Positions 36,119-46,400 of a DNA stretch of 64,000 nt are shown here, in pieces; the stretch's first letter is position 1, and every line of letters begins with the position of its first letter. The notes beneath the pieces were generated by a model. It was given only the letters and a program-made list of their open reading frames with translations. It was not told the origin of the DNA and ran no database searches. Source of the DNA: Thermodesulfobacteriota bacterium. GTDB lineage: Bacteria > Desulfobacterota > Desulfobacteria > Desulfobacterales > JARGFK01. The translations under genes were made by a program, and so were the position numbers. The stretch lies in the NCBI GenBank assembly GCA_040757625.1, contig JBFLWU010000008.1:7865-71864 (forward strand), in the 5' to 3' direction.

Positions 36119-36135
36119 TGTTAAAAAATTTAACA
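36119..36135. promoter_or_regulatory. 17-bp perfect palindrome TGTTAAA-N3-TTTAACA
   Basis: Lies 12 nt upstream of the activator start codon, at the edge of an AT-rich tract with four TTAACA copies (36119-36200). It is about 250 bp from the sigma-54 promoter at 36383. Confidence 0.35.
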
Positions 36136-36382
36136 ATAATTAAATTTTATTTTTTAACATCTTAACATAAAAATGCAACAAAAAAATTAACACCCAGAAA
36201 AATGAGATCCTCCGGACAGACGCATTGAACACCGATGACGATGATTGTTTTTTTTCAAACCTGATTTTGCAACCGGCCTTATTAGAGCTGATTTGCCCAT
36301 GCCTAGGGTTTGATCCCGACTTCCGCGGCCAGACATCCCTGAATACCTGGAAAACTGCCCTCCCGCCGCTTCCTGTTTGAGC

Positions 36383-36398
36383 TGGCATCCGCTTTGCA
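36383..36398 (+). promoter_or_regulatory. sigma-54 promoter for the Hdr-like operon
   Basis: TGGCATCCGCTTTGCA is a near-consensus TGGCAC-N5-TTGCA. It sits about 47 nt upstream of the first start codon and has a divergent sigma-54 activator gene. Confidence 0.7.
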
Positions 36399-36444
36399 GT
36401 AACCGGGTCGGTAAAGTATCTAAAACCTATTGATGGAATGACCC

Positions 36445-36696
36445 GTGTTGAAAAATAAACCGGATCATATTCTCGATTTAAGAGGGGCGATTCCTCCCAT
36501 TACCTTGCTGAAAGTAAGCCAGGTTTTCAGAGAAATGAAGCCGCATGAAATTTTGGAAATTCTTTTCCGGGATCCCGATACGCGAACCGACCTCTTCAAG
36601 GTTCTGCCGCCTTTTTCCTACGAACTGATGATGATGGAAGAGCTTGAGGAGGAATCTTCATTTCGGGTTCGGATGAAAAAAAGCCGGAATTTCTAA
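36445..36696 (+). CDS. TusA/SirA-fold small protein lacking the CPxP cysteine
   Basis: 83 aa. LDLRGAIPPITLLK aligns to the TusA LDxRGLxCPxPxLK motif, but no Cys is present anywhere in the protein. GTG start with a weak RBS. Confidence 0.55.
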   Translation: MLKNKPDHILDLRGAIPPITLLKVSQVFREMKPHEILEILFRDPDTRTDLFKVLPPFSYELMMMEELEEESSFRVRMKKSRNF

Positions 36697-36804
36697 ACCT
36701 TGCTCTAAACGAGAGGGTACCCCGGCCATGAATAAAACAAGTAAGCAACAGACAGCAAAAGGGCTCATCGCGTTCTTTTTCATGCAGAAATCAGGAGGGT
36801 GTTC

Positions 36805-39800
36805 ATGTCCATAAAAATTGGGTTCTTTATTTGTCACTGCGGCATCAACATCGCTTATAGAGTACGGGTGGAGGAGGTGGCGGCCTTCGCCCGCAAACTC
36901 CCCAACGTGGTGGTTGCCAGGGACTACAAGTTCATGTGTTCGGACCCCGGCCAGGAACTGATCGAAAAAGATATTCGGGAATACGGTCTGAACCGGGTCG
37001 TGGTGGCCTCCTGCTCACCCCGACTCCATGAGAAAACCTTTCGCGGGGCCTGCGAACGCGCCGGTCTCAACCCCTATATGTTCCAGATGGCCTCTGTTCG
37101 CGAGCAAGTCTCCTGGGTCACGCCGGATGAAGAGGAGGCCACCCGTAAGGCAAAAACCCTTGCGGCCGCCGCCATTAACCGGGTCAACTACCATCACAGC
37201 CTCGAAACCCGTGAAGTCGATGTGCATCCGGACGTCTTGGTGGTGGGGGGCGGCATCGCCGGCATGCAGGCGGCCCTGGACGTCGGCAATTCCGGTCACA
37301 AGGTTTACCTGGTTGAAAAACAGACAACCATCGGCGGTCATATGCTGCAGTTCGACAAAACCTTCCCGACCCTTGACTGCGCTGCCTGTATCGGCACGCC
37401 CAAAATGGTCGAAGTGGCCCAAAATTCTAATATTGAACTCTTCTCCTACAGTGAGGTCAAGGAGGTGTCCGGGTACATCGGCAATTATACGGTAAAGATT
37501 CACCGCAAACCTCGGTACGTCAAGGAGAGCGTCTGTACGGGCTGCGGAGAATGCGCCGGTGTCTGCCCGGTATCTCTCCCCAGTGAATGGGATGAAGCAC
37601 TGGGAAACCGAAAGGCCGTTTACCGCTCTTTTCCCCAGGCCGTCCCCATCACCTTCTGCATCGACAAAAAGGACCGGGCCCCCTGTGTGACGACCTGCCC
37701 GGCGGGAATCAACGTTCAGGGGTATGTCCAGCTGATCGGTCAGGGTAAATACAAGGAGGCTGTCGCGCTGATCATGGAAAAGCTTCCTCTGCCGGGGGTG
37801 TTGGGACGCGTGTGTCCGCACCCCTGTGAAAAACAGTGTCGCCGCCAGGAAGCCGATGAAGCCGTCGCCATCCGGGAATTAAAGCGTTTCGCCGCCGACC
37901 AGGTTGGCCCGGCGGATTTACCGCCGCCTGAAATCGAGGACCGCAGCGAAAAAGTGGCAGTGGTGGGCTCCGGGCCGGCCGGCTTGACGGCCGCCTATTA
38001 CCTGCGGTTGAAAGGTTATGCGGTAACGATTTTCGAGGCCCTTCCAAAGCCGGGCGGCATGCTCCGCGTCGGTATTCCCGATTACCGCCTGCCCCCGGAA
38101 GTACTCGACAAGGAGATTGGCTATATTCTCCGGCTGGGGATTTCCATTGAAACGAACAAACGTTTGGGGCGGGATTTTACCCTGGAAAGTCTCAAATCCG
38201 AGGGGTTCAGCGCCATATTTCTGGCAATCGGTGCCCACAAGAGTCTGAATATCAATATTCCGGGTGAAAACGACTTCAAGGGCGTTTTCAATGCCGTGGA
38301 CTTCTTGAGGGAAATTAACCTGGGAGGCCGTAACCGTCCAGGCAAGGATGTTGCCGTTATCGGCGGCGGCAACGTCGCCATTGACGCCGCTCGCATCGCC
38401 AAGCGCCTGGGCTGCGATTCCGTGACGGTGGTTTACCGTCGCACCCGCAATGAAATGCCGGCCTATCCCGAGGAAATTAGAGACGCCCTGGCGGAAGGAA
38501 TCCAAATTCACTACCTGACAGCGCCGGTGGGGATCGTTGGTGATAACGGCGTCGTCTCCGGCCTGAAATGCATCAAAACCGAACTGGGGGCGCCCGACGC
38601 CAGTGGACGCCGCCGTCCGGTGCCGGTGGAAGGTTCGGAGTTCTTGATCGAATGTGACGCGATTATCGGCGCCACCGGGCAGCGGATTGACGGTGACTGG
38701 ATCGCGGCGGAGAAAGGTCCGGATTTAACCCGGCGGGGCACGATTGCGGTAGATCCGCACACCATGCAAACATCCCTTGCGCACATATTTGCTGCCGGCG
38801 ATGCGGTCACCGGTCCGGCATCGGTGGTTGAAGCCGTTGCCGCCGGGCGCAAAGCGGTGGAAGCCATTGATCGGTATCTCAATGATGAAAATCTGGAGGA
38901 ATACGCTCAAATATTGGCGGCCGAGGAGGCTCCGGGTCAGGACTGGCAGGAAATACCCGAAAACACATACAGACGCAAACGGTCACAGCCCGCCCACCTG
39001 GCGGCGGCACATAGATCCACCAGTTTTGACGAGGTAAACGGCGGCTTTTCGGAAGAGCAGGCCCGCCAGGAGGCCGATCGGTGCCTGAATTGCGGCATCT
39101 GTTCCGAATGCATGGAATGTGTCAGGGTCTGCGAAGCCAATGCCATTGACCACAGCATGAAAGCCGAAGAAATCGAAGTCAAAGTGGGCAGCATCATTGT
39201 CGCAACAGGGTATGACCTCATGGACCCCACCCCCCTGAAACAATTCGGGTATGGCTCCTATCCCAACGTGTTTACCAGCCTTGAGTTCGAACGCCTCAGC
39301 AATGCCACCGGACCGACCGGGGGCAAAATTCTGATCCGGGATGAAAACGGCGAATTTACCAAGTCCCCTGCCAGCGTGGCGATTCTGCACTGCATCGGCA
39401 GCCGCGATGTGAATTATCACGAATACTGCTCCCGTGTCTGCTGCATGTATGCATTGAAATATTCCCATCTGATCAAGGAAAAGGTGGGTCACGATACGGC
39501 CGTCTACGATTTCTATATCGATCAGCGCTGTTACGGCAAAGGCTATGAAGAGTTTTATAAAAGATGCCAGGAGGAAGGCACCACCTTCATCAGGGGGAAG
39601 GTCGCTGAAATTACAGACCGCGCCGTCAAACCCGAAGAAGCGGGCAAGCTCATCGCCGTTGCCGAAGACACCCTTCTGGGGAGTGTTCTGCGCGTGCCGG
39701 TGGACATGGTGGTCCTGTGTTCCGCCATCGAAGCACGCCGGGATGCCAATGAGGTCGGTCGCATATTCGGAGTCAACCTGGGTGCGGACGGATTTTTTCT

Positions 39801-40215
39801 GGAGGAGCACCCCAAGCTGGGCCCGTTGAACACCGCCACGGACGGCGTGTTTCTAGCGGGCGCCTGCCAGTCTCCCAAAGACATTCCGGATACCGTCGCC
39901 CAGGCCTCGGGGGCTGCTGCCAAGGCCCTTTCCCTGGCAACCCGAGGGGTCGTGCAGATACCGTCGACCATCTCCTGGATCGATCCGGATGTCTGCGCCG
40001 GCTGTCAGACCTGTATCGGTTTGTGTCCGTATACGGCGATTGAGTTTGATGAGCGCCGGAGGATTTCGGTGGTCAATGAAGCGCTGTGCAAAGGCTGCGG
40101 CAGTTGCGCCGGATTTTGTCCCAGCGGCGCCGCCCAGGTAAAGCATTTCAACAAGCGCCAGATATTTGCGGAGTTTGACGGCATTATCGATGCCTTACAC
40201 TCGGTGGGAATGTAG
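36805..40215 (+). CDS. HdrA-like flavoprotein with inserted GltD/NfnB-like NAD(P)H module (HdrL-type fusion, about 1136 aa)
   Basis: HdrA N-domain (FFICHCGINIA...ASCSPRLHE), FAD fold VVGGGIAGMQAALD, CTGCGECAGVCP. GltD-type CPAGINVQGY / VCPHPCEKQCRR, VAVVGSGPAGLTAA, VAVIGGGNVAIDAAR. The HdrA fold then resumes (TSLEFERL, HCIGSRD, CSRVCCMYALK) and ends with 2x CxxCxxCxxxCP. Start at ATG 36805 behind aggaggg. Confidence 0.87.
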   Translation: MSIKIGFFICHCGINIAYRVRVEEVAAFARKLPNVVVARDYKFMCSDPGQELIEKDIREYGLNRVVVASCSPRLHEKTFRGACERAGLNPYMFQMASVREQVSWVTPDEEEATRKAKTLAAAAINRVNYHHSLETREVDVHPDVLVVGGGIAGMQAALDVGNSGHKVYLVEKQTTIGGHMLQFDKTFPTLDCAACIGTPKMVEVAQNSNIELFSYSEVKEVSGYIGNYTVKIHRKPRYVKESVCTGCGECAGVCPVSLPSEWDEALGNRKAVYRSFPQAVPITFCIDKKDRAPCVTTCPAGINVQGYVQLIGQGKYKEAVALIMEKLPLPGVLGRVCPHPCEKQCRRQEADEAVAIRELKRFAADQVGPADLPPPEIEDRSEKVAVVGSGPAGLTAAYYLRLKGYAVTIFEALPKPGGMLRVGIPDYRLPPEVLDKEIGYILRLGISIETNKRLGRDFTLESLKSEGFSAIFLAIGAHKSLNINIPGENDFKGVFNAVDFLREINLGGRNRPGKDVAVIGGGNVAIDAARIAKRLGCDSVTVVYRRTRNEMPAYPEEIRDALAEGIQIHYLTAPVGIVGDNGVVSGLKCIKTELGAPDASGRRRPVPVEGSEFLIECDAIIGATGQRIDGDWIAAEKGPDLTRRGTIAVDPHTMQTSLAHIFAAGDAVTGPASVVEAVAAGRKAVEAIDRYLNDENLEEYAQILAAEEAPGQDWQEIPENTYRRKRSQPAHLAAAHRSTSFDEVNGGFSEEQARQEADRCLNCGICSECMECVRVCEANAIDHSMKAEEIEVKVGSIIVATGYDLMDPTPLKQFGYGSYPNVFTSLEFERLSNATGPTGGKILIRDENGEFTKSPASVAILHCIGSRDVNYHEYCSRVCCMYALKYSHLIKEKVGHDTAVYDFYIDQRCYGKGYEEFYKRCQEEGTTFIRGKVAEITDRAVKPEEAGKLIAVAEDTLLGSVLRVPVDMVVLCSAIEARRDANEVGRIFGVNLGADGFFLEEHPKLGPLNTATDGVFLAGACQSPKDIPDTVAQASGAAAKALSLATRGVVQIPSTISWIDPDVCAGCQTCIGLCPYTAIEFDERRRISVVNEALCKGCGSCAGFCPSGAAQVKHFNKRQIFAEFDGIIDALHSVGM

Positions 40216-40393
40216 CCGGGCCAGGGGCCGGCATTCAGGGTCGGGTGCCAGGCAAAACAGATCTTGAAAACTAAAAGTCCTCATAATTTTGAAATTCGCT
40301 GAAACGATTATGACTCAAAAAGGAACGACATGAAAGCGTTTGCCCCTGAATACCAATTACCGGAAACGAGTTTAAAATATTTTGGAGGCAACG

Positions 40394-40816
40394 ATGGAAG
40401 ATTTTGAACCGAGTATCATCGCCTTTGTCTGTAACTGGTGCACCTACACTGCAGCCGACCTGGCCGGAACGTCGCGCTTGACATATCCCAAAAACGTCCG
40501 GTTGATTCGGGTCATGTGCACGGGGATGGTCGATCCCCAATATGTCATCAAAGCCTTTCTGGAAGGCGCCGACGGCGTGCTTGTCAGCGGCTGCCATCCG
40601 GGCGATTGCCATTATATCAATGGAAACTTTAAAGCCCGGCGGCGGATCAAACTGTTAAAGGAAATCCTGCCGCAATTCGGATTTGAACCCGAAAGACTCC
40701 GGTTGACCTGGATCGGCGCCAGTGACGGCATCCAGTTCGCCGAAATCATGCAGCAACTGGTATCGCAAATCAAAAACCTGGGACCGAACCAGGCCAAACT
40801 GAAAATGGTGATTTAA
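40394..40816 (+). CDS. MvhD-like (methyl-viologen-reducing hydrogenase delta subunit family) [2Fe-2S] protein
   Basis: IIAFVCNWCTYTAADLAG...VMCTGMVDP...VSGCHPGDCHY hallmark. Start ATG 40394 behind ggagg. Confidence 0.87.
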   Translation: MEDFEPSIIAFVCNWCTYTAADLAGTSRLTYPKNVRLIRVMCTGMVDPQYVIKAFLEGADGVLVSGCHPGDCHYINGNFKARRRIKLLKEILPQFGFEPERLRLTWIGASDGIQFAEIMQQLVSQIKNLGPNQAKLKMVI

Positions 40817-40885
40817 ACGCTGAGAACCGGTGTCGGCGCGACATTACCTTGAATATCGGTTGACACGCTATTTTGGAGGAAAGAG

Positions 40886-42031
40886 ATGGCTACAACGTGG
40901 AAGTTTGAAACTAAAGATCAGGCGCTTTTGGAATCGCTGCAGGAACTGTTACGGTCCGTTCTGGAAATGGAAGATATCAGCGCCGTTCTAGTCCCCCGGC
41001 GTCTTCCCATGAAAAATATGGTGATGCCGACGCTGGTGAGCGACCCGGAAAAGCTCGACGGGATCGATCCGCTCTCCCCGGCATTTCCCATGAACGCAGC
41101 CAAGATCGTATCCAGGCTCACCCGCAAATCCATGGGGGGCAAAGTGGTGGCGGTTTTGCGTCCCTGTGAAATCCGGGCATTCATCGAATTGGTCAAACTC
41201 AAGCAGGGGCAAACGGATGAACTCGTCATCATGGCCATCGACTGCCTGGGCGCCTACCGGAATTCGGATTATTTTAAATTTGTCGAAAAAGATTTCGAAG
41301 CAGCAGCCCGGCGCTTTTATCAGAGCGTGCTTTCCGGCCGCGGCGCCGCCGTGGACAACGTCGATCTGGCAGAGGCCTGCAAGGTCTGTGAATATCCGGT
41401 TGCAACCCATGCCGATATTCTGATCGGCCTTTACGGCGTTCCCACCGATGACCACTTCATCGTTCAGGGGCTGACCCCTGCGGGTGAAGCGGTTTTGAAT
41501 CCGCTCAGCCTTGCCAAGGCACAGGAGCCGCCGGAGCGCCAAAAAACAGTTGACGAGCTGATCGCCGCCAGAACGGCCTATCGCGATCAAATGTTTGCGC
41601 GTACCGCCGAAGCCACCGCCAGCCTGGAAAAATTGACGACCTATCTGGCCAATTGCGTCAACTGTTACAACTGCCGGGTCGCCTGTCCGGTCTGCTACTG
41701 CAAGGAATGCGTATTCGTCACGGATGTGTTCAACCATGAACCGGCTCAATATCTGAGGTGGGCGGCCCGCAAGGGCGTCATCAAAATGCCCACTGATACC
41801 GTTTTTTATCATATTACCCGGCTGGCCCATATGAGTACGGCCTGCGTCGGTTGCGGCCAGTGCTCCAACGCCTGTCCCAACGACATCCCGGTAATGGAGC
41901 TCTTTCGCACCGTGGCGGCGCACACGCAGAGGGGATTCAACTACGAGGCCGGACGCAGCCTGGAAGAAAAACCGCCCCTGTCTGAATTTCGTGAAAATGA
42001 ATTCAACGAGGTGGTAGGGATGTCCGCATAA
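40886..42031 (+). CDS. FrhB/FdhB-like iron-sulfur protein (2x[4Fe-4S] plus FrhB-type domains)
   Basis: 381 aa. VLRPCEIRAF...AIDCLG, CVNCYNCRVACPVCYC, CVGCGQCSNACP. The family call is from the overall pattern only. Confidence 0.6.
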   Translation: MATTWKFETKDQALLESLQELLRSVLEMEDISAVLVPRRLPMKNMVMPTLVSDPEKLDGIDPLSPAFPMNAAKIVSRLTRKSMGGKVVAVLRPCEIRAFIELVKLKQGQTDELVIMAIDCLGAYRNSDYFKFVEKDFEAAARRFYQSVLSGRGAAVDNVDLAEACKVCEYPVATHADILIGLYGVPTDDHFIVQGLTPAGEAVLNPLSLAKAQEPPERQKTVDELIAARTAYRDQMFARTAEATASLEKLTTYLANCVNCYNCRVACPVCYCKECVFVTDVFNHEPAQYLRWAARKGVIKMPTDTVFYHITRLAHMSTACVGCGQCSNACPNDIPVMELFRTVAAHTQRGFNYEAGRSLEEKPPLSEFRENEFNEVVGMSA

Positions 42032-42051
42032 AAACTGGAGAGGTGTTAACG

Positions 42052-43359
42052 ATGACAACTGCAGCAGTCAAACTCGGAAAGAAGAAAGCGAGCCTATTTA
42101 TCGATAAAGTCAAAGAGCTTCTGCCGGAAGGCGGAAATTTGAACCTGTGCCTCACCTGCGGCGCGTGCACTTCCGGCTGCCCGGCGTCGGGACTGGAGGA
42201 GATGGATCCACGCAAGTTTCTGCGCATGGCGGCGCTGGGATTGGACGAAGAGATCACTGCAACGCCCTGGGTCTGGATGTGTACCATGTGTAAGCGCTGT
42301 ATTTACGTTTGCCCGATGCAGATCGATATCCCCCAGTTGGTGTATCACGCCCGCAACGCCTGGCCGCGTGAAACCCGACCCAAGGGTATCCTGGGCTCCT
42401 GTGATATGGCCCTGCGCAATGACAGCTGCAGCGCCATGGGGGCTTCCCCCGAGGATTTCCAGTTCGTGGTGGAAGACGTACTGGAGGAATACCGCGAAGC
42501 CCAGCCTGAATTTAAAGACATGCAGGCGCCCATCGACAAGCAGGGGGCCTATTTCTTTGTGAATCAAAACTCCCGCGAGCCGGTAACCGAACCGGACGAG
42601 ATGGTGCCCCTCTGGAAAATCCTGCATCTGGCGGGCGCCGACTGGACTTACGGCAGCAAGGGCTGGGGGGGAGAAAATTACTGCATGTTCCTTGCTGATG
42701 ACCAGGCCTGGGAGCACATCGCCCGGACCGCCGCCAAGCAGGCCGATGTACTCGGCTGCAAGGTCTTTCTCAACACCGAGTGAGGGCACATTACCTTTGC
42801 AGTCCGGGCCGGACTGAAAAAATTCAATATCGAACATAAGTTTGAGGTTGCCAGCATCTACCAATACTACGCCAAATGGGTCCGGGAGGGAAAATTGAAA
42901 ATCAACGCCGACTGGAACAAGGATTTGAAGATCAAGTTTACCGTTCAGGATCCCTGCCAGATCGTGCGCAAAAGCTTCGGAGATCCGGTGGCGGATGATT
43001 TGCGTTTTGTGGTCAAAACGTTGGTGGGCGAAGAAAATTTCATCGAGATGCATCCCAACAAAAGCAACAATTACTGCTGCGGCGGCGGCGGCGGCTTTCT
43101 GCAGTCCGGTTATGTCGAGGCCCGCCGTAAATACGGCGAGCTGAAACTCAACCAGATCTTGGCCACCCGGGCGGATTACTGCATTACGGCCTGCCACAAC
43201 TGTCACGCCCAGATTCACGATTTGGCCGAACACACGAACGCAAAGTATCATACGGTTCACTTGTGGACCCTGATCTGCCTGTCCCTGGGAATTCTGGGGG
43301 AAAACGAACGCGAATATCTGGGGCCGGATTTGAAAGAGGTGGCCGTTTATGGCGCTTAA
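42052..43359 (+). CDS. HdrD/DsrK/GlpC-like CCG-domain Fe-S oxidoreductase, predicted selenoprotein (UGA at 42781-42783 read as Sec)
   Basis: Track ORFs 42043-42783 and 42895-43359 are in the same frame, and the 111 nt between them contain no stop. Joined product: CLTCGACTSGCP, CTMCKRCIYVCP, then KVFLNTE-U-GH...FTVQDPC...YCCGGGGG...CHNCHAQ, which is one intact CCG domain. Confidence 0.75.
42800..42816 (+). promoter_or_regulatory. candidate bacterial SECIS hairpin
   Basis: cagtcc-gggcc-ggactg stem-loop starting 17 nt after the in-frame UGA. Confidence 0.5.
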
Positions 43360-43360
43360 T

Positions 43361-43444
43361 GGGGTCAGGGGTCGGGTTTCAGAGGTCAGGAGTCATAGGT
43401 TCTTTTCCTTGCTCCCGACACCTGAGCCCTGATACCTGAAACCC
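43361..43444. repeat. imperfect inverted repeat in the hdrD-like/hdrA intercistronic spacer
   Basis: gggtttcagaggtcaggagtca... mirrors ...tgagccctgatacctgaaaccc. It is preceded by direct ggtcagg-like repeats. Confidence 0.45.
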
Positions 43445-43496
43445 ATAAATCGGAATACGAGGTTAATACACGACAGATTATCAAAGAGGCTTTATC

Positions 43497-46400
43497 ATGA
43501 AAAAAAAGGTGGGCACGGCTTTGGTGGTGGGTGCAGGAATCAGCGGGATCCGGGCGGCTCTGGATTTGGCTGAAAATGGATACGGGGTGAAACTGATCGA
43601 CCGATCCCCCCATCTGGGCGGAATTCTGACCCAGCTCGACTACCAGTTTCCCACGAACCGCTGCGGGATGTGCAAAATGCTGCCGCTGGTGGACCGGGAT
43701 GCGTCCTCGCAATACTGCCTGCGCAAGGGGCTCTTCCATGAAAACATTGAAATTTTAACGTCCACCGAACTTGTCTCGGTGGCGGGCGAATCGGGGAATT
43801 ACCGCGTAAAACTCCGTCAGAAGCCCAGCTGGGTGGACCCGGAACTGTGCGTCGGCTGCGGCGCCTGCGTACCGGTCTGTCCGGTGGAAGTTCCGGATGC
43901 GTTTAATGCCGCCTTGGCACGGCGCAAGGCCATCTACTTGCCGGTACCCCACGCCATCCCCAATCCTTTCGCCATCGACGTGACGGCCTGTACGCGGTGC
44001 GGCGCCTGTGAAGCGGTCTGCCCCACCGGCGCCATTCGACTGTCCGACCAGGAAAGAAAAATGTTTCGCATTCTCGTGGTGGACGATGAACTGATTGTGC
44101 GCGATTCGCTCAAGGCCTGGCTGGATGATGAAGAAGGGTTTATGGTGGATACGGCCGAATCCGGACCGGACGCCTTGGACAAGTTAACCAAGAACTCGTA
44201 TCAATTAATGCTGCTGGATATCAAGATGCCGGAAATGGACGGCGTGGAGGTTCTCCGAAAAACCAAAGATATCCTGCCCGATATCCAAGTGGTGATGATG
44301 ACCGCCTACGCTACCGTCGAGACGTCCGTCGAAGCCATGAAGATCGGTGCGCTGGATTACCTGATTAAACCCTTCGACCCGGAAACACTCGTACCTAAAA
44401 TTCTGCAGCTTTATGAAGATCTTGAGACTTCCCGGGCCAGGGAGGTGGAAGTGGGGGCGCTGGTCCTCTGCGGCGGCAGCAGCTATTATAATCCGGCGGA
44501 TGGAAAAAACACCTTCGGCTATAAGAACCTTCCCGGGGTTATCACCAGCCTGGAGTTTGAACGCCTCATCAGCGGCACCGGCCCATGTCAGGGCCGCCTG
44601 ACGCGTCCCGAAGACGGCAAACCCATCCGTAAAATCGCCTGGATTCAGTGTGTCGGATCCCGGGACCTGCAAAGCAGCGCCGATTTTTGTTCAAATGTCT
44701 GCTGCATGATCGCCGTCAAAGAGGCCCTGCTGGCCAGGGAAAAATTCGGCGAAGCAGTGGAAACCACCGTCTTTTATATGGACATGCGCACCTTCGGCAA
44801 ATCGTATCAGCGCTATCGCAACGCGGCTGAAAAGACTCACGGCGTTCACTTCGAACGGGGCCGGGTGCACTCGGTCATCAGGGACGGCACCACCGATCAA
44901 AACGGGGAAGATCTGTCCGTCCGCTACGCGGACGCCGGCGGTGCCATCCGGGATGAACGTTTTGATATGGTGGTCCTGGCCGTCGGCCAGCGTCCGGTGG
45001 CGGGGACGATTGAATTGTCGAAACAGCTGGATATTCCCCTGAATCCCTGGGGATATTGTCAGACCGAACCATTTTCCATGACAAAAACCGGAAAAGACGG
45101 AATCGTCGTCGGCGGCGCTTATTCCGGCCTCAAAGACATCAGCGAATCCGTGATTCAGGCATCGGCCGCGGCCTTATCCGCATCCCGGGCGATTCACAGT
45201 GTCGGCGGCAGTCTGGCATTGGAAACCGAGCCCGCCCCTGAACAGGCCGGTCTGGCGAGGGAATTACCCCGGACACTGGTAGCTATCTGTACCTGCGGCG
45301 ATGCGCTTTCGGAATTTGCCAGATCTCTGGAATTGTCGGCACGACTTCAAAGCGATCCGGCCGTAAGCGCAGTGGAATTTGTTGATCGAATCTGTACCGC
45401 CGCCGGGTGGGAAACCTTGCTGCAGGTTGTGGAAAAGCATCGGCCCAACCGGATTCTGATCGGCGCCTGCCTGCCCTGCGTCTATGCACCGAAAATCAAG
45501 GCGCTCGCCGGCCGCGCCGGCCTGAACCCGTCGCTGACGGACGTGGTGGATATCCGCTCCCCGGCATTTGAAACCCTCGATCCTGAAAAACCGGCCGACA
45601 CGAAGCATATTATCGCCATGATGGCAAGCGCCCTCTTGACCGGTTTGGCCAGGCTGAAACGGGTGGACCCCTCACCCGTAGCCACCATCAAGGTCCAGCA
45701 GCAGGCCCTGATTGTCGGCGGAGGCATTGCCGGAATGACGGCGGCGCTGGCAATTGCTGATCATGGATTTCATGTCGACCTGATCGAAAAGGAAGACCGG
45801 CCGGGCGGAAATCTGACCTGGCTCCGGGGCACCCTGGAGGGTCAGGCTGTCAAACCCTTATTGGATGGGACCCTTGCGAAGGTTGAAAAACACCCGCTGA
45901 TCGAAGTTCGCACCCAAACCCATGTGGTAGGCGCTTATGGTCAAGTGGGTAATTTTTTCACAACCATCGAAAACCAGGACGGTCGGACCGATACTCTCCG
46001 GCACGGCGTCATTATTCTGGCCACCGGCGGCGCCGAAGCGATCCCCAGCGCCTATCATTACGGGGAGAGCGACGTGATTATCACCCAGAAGGAACTTGAA
46101 CAAAAACTGGACCGAAACGAAATCGATCCTTTGAAGCTGGAATCGGTGGTCATGATCCAGTGTGTCGAATCGCGCGAAGAACCGCGCAACTATTGCAGCC
46201 GAATCTGCTGTTCATCAGCCTTGAAACACGCCCTGGCGTTAAAGCAGATAAACCCTGAAATCGAAATATTCATCTATTATCGCGACATGATGTCCTATGG
46301 ATTCATGGAGACCTATTTTACCCGCGCCCGACAGGCGGGGGTAATCTTCATCCAGTATGATCCCATGCAAAAACCGGAGGTCATCCCGGCAACCGAGGCT

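Noticed and set aside
36728-36814. 28-codon ORF (MNKTSKQQTAKGLIAFFFMQKSGGCSCP) in the tusA-like/hdrL spacer as a leader peptide.
   Set aside because: It has no convincing RBS, overlaps the hdrL RBS and start in another frame, and has no recognisable features. It is probably fortuitous.
42043-43359. Reading 42043-42783 and 42895-43359 as two separate genes, or as a pseudogene broken by a nonsense mutation.
   Set aside because: They share one frame with a single TGA and no other stop in the 111-nt gap. The TGA falls on the first Cys position of an otherwise intact CCG domain, and a hairpin follows it. Sec recoding is the simpler explanation, though it remains unverified.
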